NCBI GenBank assembly: GCA_002269645.1
Contig: NIVC01003190.1
Span: 1-57,415, forward strand
Source: Macrostomum lignano
Lineage: Eukaryota
Direction of reading: 5' to 3'
Length of the DNA stretch: 57,415 nucleotides
Each line of letters opens with the position of its first letter. Within the stretch, counting starts at the first letter, position 1. The notes under the pieces were generated by a model. It was not told the DNA's origin. It saw only the letters and a list, made by a program, of their open reading frames with translations, and did not search any database. A program made the position numbers and the translations under genes. Below are positions 1-9,900 of the stretch, in pieces.

Positions 1-144
1 AAAGTTTAAATTTGCTAGTGTAGCGACAAATGAATCAATTTATGGTAAACTTTTCAACGCATGAAACTGCTTGCAAAAAGTACATCTGTGCAGTAAGAGA
101 CTGACGAACGAGTTGGTATGGTTCACACGGGGGTTTCCTCATTC

Positions 145-428
145 TCATGGGTATTAGATCCTCATGCGGGATTAGATCCTCGAGTAAGATTAGATCCTCA
201 TGCGGGATTAGATCCTCATGCGGGATTAGATCCTCGAGTGAGATTAGATCCTCATGCGGATTAGATCCTCGAGTGAGATTAGATCCTCATGCGGATTAGA
301 TCCTCGAGTGAGATTAGATCCTCATGTGGGATTAGATCCTCATGTGGGATTAGATCCACATGTGAGATTAGATCCTCATGTGGGAGTAGATCCACATGTG
401 GGAGTAGATCCTCATTCGGGAGTAGATA
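145..428. repeat. 18-bp tandem array (~15-16 copies)
   Basis: Units CATG(C/T)GGGATTAGATCCT interspersed with CGAGTGAGATTAGATCCT; a few 17-bp units. Confidence 0.95.
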
Positions 429-3378
429 TATAGTGTGTAAAAACTTCATATTTTTATGTGCGTTCAGATCTTTTAGTAAGCATATGGCCCCTAAACTCAA
501 ATATGTAGTCACCGTTTATCTAAATTAATGACGTCCCGAAGTGTATGCAGATGCTGTGCACATTCTAGTGACAGTCAACTTGCACAAAGTGAAGAAGAGA
601 TTTGAGAACACACGTTTCGCTGACATCTGCCATGACGTCTCATTGACAGGCCTATAGTGCACACATTCCGTGACTAAGGCCTAATGCGTGACATGAGACA
701 GGCCAAAATTTCGTGGGCTAAATAGAAACTACGAGCGTACATATGGCTGCTTTGTTCCGAGGGTCGCTTCTCACAGCCCTCATTGGTGCCCAGACTCCGT
801 TTCTCACTGTGCTATAAGCAAAGCCCAGAAATCCGTTATTACCCAGGCCCTTTGCTCTGAGCGGGTCATGCTTTGCTGAGCTTTGCAGCTGGCTTACTGA
901 CTAATCTGACCTTCATTCACGATTCCTTCTTCATCTAAATGAATTTCCCGCCCAGCTCTATTGAAAGCTAATTTGGTCCTTTGAGTTTCTTCGGCAGTTT
1001 CCTCTTTAGCGCGATGGGCGGAGACTGCCAAGTCTGCCGGCAGGTAATGAGCTCGCTGTTCAAAGAAGTCAGCGGCACTAGCAAGGTCGGGCGGGGGGAT
1101 ATTTCCTGTGCGGTTTTGACTCAGTCAGGATCGGCAGCGCGTTGCATAACCCACATGAAAAAGCAGAATGGCTCTGACTGAAGAGAGGTCCTATTGAATT
1201 TGAGTGCCGTCTTACCCCTGGTGTTTCCGGTTTCAAATGATCCCAGTCTGCTTGGACTGCTAAGCTTTGACTTTCAAGTGCTTCTTTGCAGAGTTTAAGA
1301 GACTGCTTGGCGCAGAAACCAACAAATTCAAGGGTTTTTTATTGAATGGCACCTGCTTAAGAATGACACTGTGATGCACTTGAGGCATATTGATGAAATA
1401 TTAGGTTGAAGCGATAAGAGCAGCGGTACAGAATCTTCAAGCCTCTCAATGGTGCACTCAGCAAAGAAGTTCTGAGTACACTTCTACGCTTCCAAAAGAT
1501 GATACTCGATTTAAAGGCAAATCTTTAGTCCGTTACAAAAGAACTGAGCAGATATGTCAATGTTGATTTTATATTCTATTGATTCAATATTTTGTCCGTG
1601 TTTGTCTCGGTGGATTTACGCTCGTATTTCTAAGAATCCCTCTTCTACTGGTATAGAAGAATACTGGGAAGACAGACAACGTGTACAGAAAAAGCAGGGA
1701 TGGATATTTGTTGTCTGACAGCCGGCCTGGGAAACGACAGGGCTTATTGTGTAGAAGCAGCTCATTCCCTCTCCATAGACAGAGGGCCGGAATGAGTCTG
1801 AAAAATGCAGCACGTCAGACACAGTGACATCCGCATCATTCGAACTCGTCTCTGAATTCATTTTTATCCTGAAAATCCCAGCGGAGCCGAGATCTGAGAA
1901 GCGGATGCGATGAGAGTCTGAGACGGGATAAACAGGCGGAGGGAAACGCAGGCAGAGGTAAATGGATGAGCCGCCCCTGCATTGAGTCCCAGAGCAGGGG
2001 AGGCTCTGCAAAGCAGCCGGCACGGCCAAGTGGGAAGGGTAATGAAGATGGGATGGATGAGGACTCAGGTCCTGCATTCTTTTCTGCCCCTCTACACTTA
2101 GAATTTAATTTTGGCTTCCCTCACTTCAGACCTGAATTCTATTGTGCGCCTGAAAATCCTAGGGGGAACAGCGCCTCACCAGCGTTCTCCATCTCAGCGC
2201 GCTATGGCGGCGTATGAGCACTAAGCATTATTCCTTGCCTTCCCAAGTCCTATAAATTAAGTCTAGGCAGCTTTTTCTCTCTCTGCCAGGGTCTCCCTTT
2301 GCTCCAGTTTGAGAGGGAGCGTATGGTGTGAGACTGATGAAGAGTAATGAGGCCAGCCTATTGGAGCGTGCGTTGGTCGACGCTCGTGTGGGGGTGTGTT
2401 TAAGGGTGGACGTGGCCTGTCGGAGCCAGAAGCGGCCGGAGCGCGATATCACTGACAGAGTGAGAACGGCATGTTGAGCCGGGACCAAACCGCGCACTTC
2501 GCAGTGAAGAGCCGGGCAGGAAACTGCTAGCTAATACGGGCCGTCTTTCATTCACTGCACAGGGGCCGGCTGGCTAGGGCGAGCTGGCAACGAATTGATT
2601 TGTCGAGCCAAGCGGACCAGAAAATCTGCTCAACAGGACGCTTTAGCCAGAGTTTTGCTAAGTAGCCGGCTGGAGTTTTCGCAGACCACATCCCGTTTAC
2701 ATCCGGTCGCATCAGATGTAAGGTATGTTTTAATCCATTTTAACCATTTTAATCTTGAAATTCAATGGTGTCCGCCTTTGCTTTGAATCCGTTTAACTTT
2801 CTTAAAGTTTTCTTAACTTTCTTAACACAAAATCGTCTCTTTGAAAAAATGTTTCTACAGCTCGCTCGTTAGATTCGTACGTGTAGTTGAGCTCCCGAAA
2901 GTCACTTCACAGTTCAGTTGGCAAGAAGCCACAAATTTGTCTGCTGTAAAGTTGCCATCAATCAATGGTGGACTTGCCACTGTAGCTGCGGTAAAGTTTG
3001 CTTTGAGCCGGATTGATAGCGCTCCGCAGCTGGCACGCATCTCGATGTAATCCCGGGCCCAGTTGTTTCGCACGAACTCACCAAGCCGCTGCCCGATGAT
3101 CCAGTTGTTTAGTTTTTCCTCCGCAGGCTTTCAGGGTAGCTCCTGTCCTGCTCGTCGGAGAGTGACCCGGAAACAAACAGAAGCCACCCCGGGCAATGCC
3201 GGATCGAGGGGAGAAGGCCCGGTTTAGTTCGCAAACACGATCCCTTCCGGACCGAATGAGTTTTCCCAATCGAGAGCCCCGCCTCTTCAGGAGACTCGCT
3301 CCCAGCTGGTACTCAATAAAATGCTCACCAACCGGCACCCGCAGAGAGCACTTCACAAGCAGCTGGCCTCGCACGCCA

Positions 3379-4044
3379 ATGGACCGGCCTTTAGCCTACC
3401 TGCAACTCGTGCTGGGCATTTCAGCCCTCACTATCGTTATCCTGCTCCTGTTCCGCCTGTTCACGCAGATTAGCTTTGATCAGGACCCCGCTAGCAACTA
3501 TGCTTATTACTTCGTCAGCTTTACGCTGAGCGTCATAGCATTGGCATTCAGCGTGGCGTATGTAGGTTCAGGCGTCACGGCCGTTGTGCTGGTCAAGACG
3601 ACTCCCTACGGTCCCAGGTACGTGTCCAGCCTGCTGAAGACGCTGATGTTCAACTCCATGGCTGTGCCCTGCCAGCTAGTGCAGCTCGTTCTGAGTCTGA
3701 TCGCGCTATTCTACTACGTGACCTCGACTGTGATGCATAGCAAGGAGAAGCAGACCAAGCGAAACCAGCTGTACCTCTGCGTGGCCGGATTCGGCATCAA
3801 CCTGCTGCTATGCGGATCTCTCGGTGGCCTCTCCGTTCGGCTCATCCGAAAAACCTATCACTTATGTGCCAGCGTATCTGCCGGAGAGCTCGAGATGCAG
3901 CTACTGAGGCCGGAGAACTGCCCCTGCCGACAGGCTGAGCAGCAGCAGTTGCGGCTGCAGCTGCAGCACGAGGCTTCTCCGGCGGCCGTACATCTGGGAG
4001 GCCACTCCAACGGCGACATCCCGGGCGTCATGGGCCACTATTAG
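3379..4044 (+). CDS. Single-coding-exon four-transmembrane protein, 221 aa, family not recognised
   Basis: ATG at 3379 inside ORF 3196-4044 (MDRPLAYLQLVLGISALTIVILLLF...); four hydrophobic ~22-28 aa segments, then a Gln-rich hydrophilic tail; GC3-rich codons like the other exons; probable 5'-UTR intron (donor near 2718-2723, acceptor TTTTTCCTCCGCAG ending 3126). Confidence 0.8.
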   Translation: MDRPLAYLQLVLGISALTIVILLLFRLFTQISFDQDPASNYAYYFVSFTLSVIALAFSVAYVGSGVTAVVLVKTTPYGPRYVSSLLKTLMFNSMAVPCQLVQLVLSLIALFYYVTSTVMHSKEKQTKRNQLYLCVAGFGINLLLCGSLGGLSVRLIRKTYHLCASVSAGELEMQLLRPENCPCRQAEQQQLRLQLQHEASPAAVHLGGHSNGDIPGVMGHY

Positions 4045-4337
4045 CTGCCAGATAGCCATCAGAATTTCCAGTCGCAGTGTATCTAAAATTCTTAAGGCAA
4101 GCTTTGCGGTCTGCAAGGCGGCGCAACTGATGCTGTGAATTTTATGCTTTAAAAAGGAAACGTTCAAGAGGCTCTTTTTACGTCGTTTGGAGCTTCAGTG
4201 TTTGTATCTATTCGATTTACAATTCCTGATAACTAAGAAACACATTTGAGAATCGCGTAGGACTAATGGCCTCCAGTGATGTATAGTATTCTACTGTATC
4301 TGCTTCTGACATTTCATTTTTGGCAAAGTACTCGCCA

Positions 4338-6052
4338 TTGTAAATTAACGCGTAAAGAAAAATCATTTAGAAGAAAATTGTTATGAAAAATAGTTGACGA
4401 CAAGTTTAATGAGTATTTTATCAGTGTGGAATAGCCAAAAATATTACGCCATTAAAACAAAATAATAAGCAGATTTAATTTTGTATTATTTGTTCATGTG
4501 CTTTATGAGAAATTTTATTGAACCAGTATAATAAAGGAAAGGATTTCAAAGATAGATCTTATGTACTAAAAAATATCTTGTGTGTCTCTAGGTGTCTGTG
4601 TGATTGATTTCAGAAAAAATAACGGCTCAACCGATATTATTCAAACTTTTATGCTGATTTTATCTGACACTATCTGATCAAAGACTATTAGCACTACTGG
4701 GAATTCTTCCACAAACACAAGTCAAGGTGGTGCATAAATCCAACAGTAAATTTCACTAAGTGAAGGCTTGCTTTTGATTGAATTGAACGAATTAATAAAT
4801 GAAAATATACCACAATTGTACTACTTGCTAATGAAAATAATAAAAATGTCAAATTTTTTTATTAGCAACGAAGTTCAATCCTGACACATTTCCCAGTAAA
4901 TTTGTGAATCTCTCAAAAATTTAAAGGGATCGCTCATGTTCTTCTTATTGACGCCGTGTCCCTTCACTACCCACGCCTCGAAGACGGGTAGCGGGGTGCT
5001 CCTCTTGCCCAGCCCGCCTCCACCAGCATCAGTTGAGCCATCAATGGCCATCTCAACTTCCTCGACGTCGGCATCCTGAGCCGTAGTCTCGGCTCGTTCG
5101 TGTGACGTTGTCAGTTGAGGTAGCCCCTCAAGGGCCGTTTTAGCGGAATCAGTACCATTCTATAATAAGATGCGCGTTAAACCCGGCCGGTCGATCGATC
5201 GATCAATCGGTCCACTCAGCTTTAGATATGAGATTGTTAATTTAATGGTATCGTTCTCTAACGTCTGCTTAAAGTAATGCCCAAAGAACTTTAAACAACA
5301 TTGCGTGCGTTTGTAAAGCCTATGTACAATGCGATCGATAATTTCTGTTTTCAAGTTGGTTTTTCTCCCCAGCCAATAGAAAAGCCACGCATAAATTATT
5401 CTAGCCTGAAATTAAGCTCTCCTCGCGCACCCACCCCCAGCCCGCTCTTTATCAGTCCTGTCTGGCTGGGGCGCTCGGGTTAGGTTTCTGTTCTAGTTCT
5501 CCTCTCCCTTTCTGCCCTAGTCCCCCTAGTTCTTGTTTAGCTTCTGCCTAGCTGTCTGGCTGGTTCGATTTTGATTCTGTTCTAAACCACGCCTCTGCCA
5601 AGTCTCAGTCACGCCACCGCCACCGTCAATTCTCGACCACGCCACCTCTACTGTCTGCAACGGGTTCTCGCTACGAGTACCGCTACCAAACGATCACTGC
5701 CATCACATCATCGCGATTGCCTCAGGCTCATCGACTCGCTCTATCATCTATCATCTATCTTTTTGTTGCGGAGCCGCCCAATGCATTCCTTACGGATTCA
5801 GCAAATACTCCGGCCCATCTCTATTAACTACCCAGACGGAATAGATAATAACGAGCCCTAACCATCCACTCATACGGTTACAATAAATAAGAACTGCGGC
5901 CACCGCCCACATCATTCGCTACTATCATCAAGTGCTACCGCTACAAAATTTGCCTCTGCCATATTTGTCTTCGTCATTTAATTTCGAGTCTGCTGGTTGA
6001 TCGTCACAATTCGCTTCCTCGTTGGCTGCTAGTTGGTCGTTCCGTCATCTCC
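4338..6052 (-). pseudogene. Head-to-tail tandem duplicate of 6053-6857 (3' part of the giant gene's last exon plus downstream/3'-UTR sequence), interrupted by a solo LTR
   Basis: 4338-5100 plus 6014-6052 align to 6053-6857; the coding part reads ERAETTAQDADVEEVE...NMSDPF with a 15-nt in-frame deletion and loss of the original stop; the exon's splice acceptor (6921-6922) is not included in the copy. Confidence 0.88.
5101..6008. mobile_element. Solo LTR (908 bp)
   Basis: Ends TGTGACG...CGTCACA (7-bp inverted termini, TG...CA); flanked by GTTCG / ATTCG (5-bp TSD, 1 mismatch); the empty site GTTCG is visible in the paralogous copy near 6814; internal AATAAA at 5882. Confidence 0.85.
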
Positions 6053-6616
6053 TTGTAAATTAACGTAAAGAAAAATCATGTCGAAGAAAATTGTTTTGAA
6101 AAATAGTTGACGACAAGTTTAATAAGTACTCGTATTTTATCAGTGAAGAATATTCAAAATAGTTCACGCCTTTAAAATGAAAACAATGAGTAGATTTATA
6201 AATTTTGTATAATTTGTTCCATGCGCTTAAGTGATATTTGATTGTATAATAAATGAAAGGAAGGAGTAGAATCTGTAGTTTTGACATCTCATAATGCATT
6301 AATTATTTATCTTGTTTATCCAGTATTTTGACATCAAAGATAGATCTATTCTGATTTTAGCTGACCCTTGCCAAATAGTTCATACTTCTAGTACTACCGG
6401 AAATTTCCCCTAAACTTAGTTCAAGGTAATGCATAAGTCCGATACTAAATTCCAGTAAGGAAGTGTTGCTTGCTATGGAATTAAACGAATTAGTACGTTA
6501 AAATATATACCAATATTGTACTGCTTGCTAATGAGAACGATAAGAAATCTCCCGATTATTTTATAGCATTGTAATGAATTTCAATCTCGAAAGTTACGAG
6601 TAAATTTTTGAAACCC

Positions 6617-6920
6617 TCAAAAGTTAAACGGATCGCTCATGTTCTTCTTATCGACGCCGTGTCCCTTCACTACCGCCTGGTGCGGGTCCCACGCCTCGAA
6701 GACGGGCAGGGGGGTGCTCCTCTCGCCCAGCACACCTCCACCAGCATCAGTTGAGCCATCGATGGCCGTTTCAACTTCCTCGACATCGGCATCTTGAGCC
6801 GTAGTCTCGGCCCGTTCGCTTCCTTGCTGGCTGCTAATTGGTCGTTCCGTCATCTCCTGGGCCTCGCGCTGCTCTGCTGAATCGCTGCCCGCGTTCACTG
6901 GATTAACCAGCTTCTTGGCG
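6617..6920 (-). CDS. Giant gene terminal exon: acidic cytoplasmic tail ending ...KKNMSDPFNF*
   Basis: Acceptor CACATTACAG at 6921; phase 2 matches donor CG|GTAAAT at 7665; in frame with ORF 6617-6898. Confidence 0.75.
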
Positions 6921-9900
6921 CTGTAATGTGATTTTCATAGGTATTTGGCTTTATACTGCTTTATGTGCTGTGTGAAAGCACTAAAACACGCTCACACAGA
7001 GTGTTCAGCGGCCCTGACTTTCTAATCGTCAGGAATGTACACCCTATGTAACTTTCTAATAGTCAGGAATGTACACCTATGTAACTTTCTAATCGTCAGG
7101 CATGTACACCTGTGTAACTTTCTAATCGTCAGGCATGTACACCCTGTGTAACTTTCTAATCGTCAGGCATGTACACCCTGTGTAACTTTCTAATCGTCAG
7201 GCATGTACACCCTGTGTAACTTTCTAATCGTCAGGCATGTACACCCTGTGTAACTTTTTTGGTTGGCTCTGATGAGTGTGAATCACGCGACAACCCTCAA
7301 CTAACCTTCGTGCACAAGCCCTAAATTCATGTAACCGCGCACGGAATCAAACCACGGGTCATGTGACGCAAGAGTTAGGCTCGTTTACATGTACCTCTGC
7401 TTTAATTTGCCTCGTATAAGTAGATCAGTGTCTGTAACAACTTACAACAACTACGATTATTATCTTAGTGGGGCCTGGAAAAAGTGAGATCCCAGACACA
7501 AACCTTAATATTTTGATTGTCAATTTAGCGCTGAAAACATAACTCTTTTTCCAAGAATATATGACCCCTTCTTCACTAGGAGCTACTGAAGCCCCGTCAC
7601 ACCCCTAGATCGCGAGTGAGTTAGCAGCCAAACTAAAACGTAAATCACTAGCGAAGCCATTTACCGTAGTCGGGATCTCAGCATCACCGCGCCAATGATG
7701 GCGCCGGCCAGCACGAGGGCGACACCCAAGGCGATAAGAGTCGGCACGAGCCAGTCCATCAGCGAGATTCCGGGCGGCGGTGTCTCGCAGTCGCCACCGG
7801 GCGGGCAGATGCAGGAGGCGCTGCCGTCGTCGCCAACTCTGCAGACCAGCGGCGGGTCGCAGCGAAGCAGCGCGCACGGGTCCGCGAGCTCGCAGCGGTC
7901 GCCCAGCCACCCGACGGGACAGCGGCACCAGTAGCCTTCGTAGCCGTCGGCCCGCCGCACGTCGCTGCAGTCGGGGTCCCACTCCGGTCCGCGACAGGTT
8001 CCGTTGTTCTGGCACGGCATCGCCAGCAGAGCCACGGTGACCTCCGCCGTGTCCGAGCCGCGCACCGAGCCGTTCAGCTCGAAGACGCCGGCGAACTCAA
8101 AGCTGAATCGGCCGTGGCCGCGGCCCTTTGGCCTGAACTCGTACACGTTAGTGAGCCACTTCGCCTCCTTGGGCAAGTTGTCAATTCCAGCTGGAGGCTG
8201 GGCGCTTGAGCTGAGCATAGACAGCTCGTGGCCGCCAGGACTTCTCAGACTTAGCTTGGCTGTCGCTCGGACTGAGGTGGCGCAGCTGATTGCGAACCTG
8301 ATGCCGCGCATGTCCGTCTCTTCTTGCTTTATCTGGACGCGGCAAAAGAGTAAAACATATTTTAACTCAAAAATGTACCATAAAACGGAAATAGCTTTCA
8401 AGAAAAACAAAGCCATTTCTTACCACCTCCCGCACCGGACCTTTCAGTGCGGTTCCGTCGCGTACAAAGTAAATATCGGTGCGGAACTGGCCGCCGCTCA
8501 CGCTGAGCTGGAAAACGCCGCGAGCTTGCTTCGCGGGGACCCCGGCTGGCGGCTGGTCCGTGACCACCAGCGGCAGGCTCTCCGTCCACTCCAGCTCGTC
8601 CACAGTGTAGCTCGGACGGTACACGAGCAGACCGTCCGCTGACAGGCTGGCCTGGCCGAACTTTGCGTCGCCTCGCAGCTCCCACACGACGGGATCGTCC
8701 TCTGGGTCCACGGCCAGCAGCTGCCGCTTGAATTCCACTGAAGATGGAGCATTTTTAAATAGATAAATGAGCATAAATGCGAAACATTTCACGGCGAGGC
8801 CCGGCCCTAGCGAAAAGTTTCTGGCTTGTGAGTACCATGTACTTTTATTGTTATTGGTGCACTACAAAAGTACAACACTGCTGACTCACCCACGACATCG
8901 TCACGAACTGTTAGCGATCCAGTGAGCTCCGATTGAATGACTGGTGCAGAGTTGAAAGGCTGCTTAGAGATGCTGCCCATAGCAAACATTCGCTCCTGAC
9001 CCAGGCTGACTGGAAGTCCCGCAGTTGCAGCCGTGTCGAACACTCCGGCCAGCTGCCAAAGCTGCTCATCTGAATGCATTTATAAATTTGCATGAGAATA
9101 TGTTTGTATCTAGTTCAATTAAACTTAATCCTAAGATTTGCATCCTCCGATAGTGCTTAAGATTGCTTCAAAGCTTAATTGCTGGGGGTTGTAGCCCAAT
9201 GGTTAGAGTGTCGGACCTACGACTGAAAGGTCAAGGGTTCGCTTCCCGACCCCACTGGGAACAATTTGTGTCCTTGAGCCAGACACTTAACTCTGGATTG
9301 CTTCCGTTCACCCAGCTGTAAAATGGGTGCCAGCATTAGCTGGGGTAATTGAGGGGGTGTGTGACGACCCCCCCCCCCCAGTCCTTGGACTGAACAGCCG
9401 TACGCAGCCTTCAGATGCGCCGCGAAGTAGCTATATGGTTGAGCTGCTTTTTACATTAATATTAATTCCTATTACTTCAAGGGTCATAAAAAATATTTCA
9501 AGAACCAAGCAATTACCCGCATCCCAATAAATAAGACTGTCAACAGTTTCATCCTCAGCTGCATCCCGACGAGTCCGTCGTTTTGCTGCATTTACTCCAG
9601 TCAGTTGCTGACTTCGTGCCACCTGCAGCTCGATGGTTGCTCTGCCGATTGGCGAGATCGCAAAGGTGGTGCCGAATTCGCGAATTCTTCGAGTCAAGAG
9701 GCGTCCTGTTCGGTGTTTAGTCCATTCTGGGTGCACGATGTACGGCTTGTAGTGAGACGCAGCCGATGAGTCATAGTCAGCCTTTGTTCGCTCGTCAGTG
9801 AGCTTCTCAAAGTACAGTGAGGTCCCGTTGGGATAGCTGCCAATGACTTTGACTTCGGGCATGTCGAGGCGGTCTGCATCTCTGAACTCCACCGGCAAGG

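Noticed and set aside
560-2500. Moderately GC-rich region with short ORFs (e.g. 1616-2077 -, 1966-2217 +, 2228-2497 -)
   Set aside because: No recognisable motif, frequent stops in all frames and no consistent splice chain; it may be a decayed element or UTR but cannot be supported.
9184-9260. tRNA-like sequences at 9184, 34601 (-), 35248 (-), 39927 and 40774
   Set aside because: A and B boxes are present but there is no complete acceptor stem or cloverleaf, and each continues into a shared repeat body, so they are SINE heads rather than tRNA genes.
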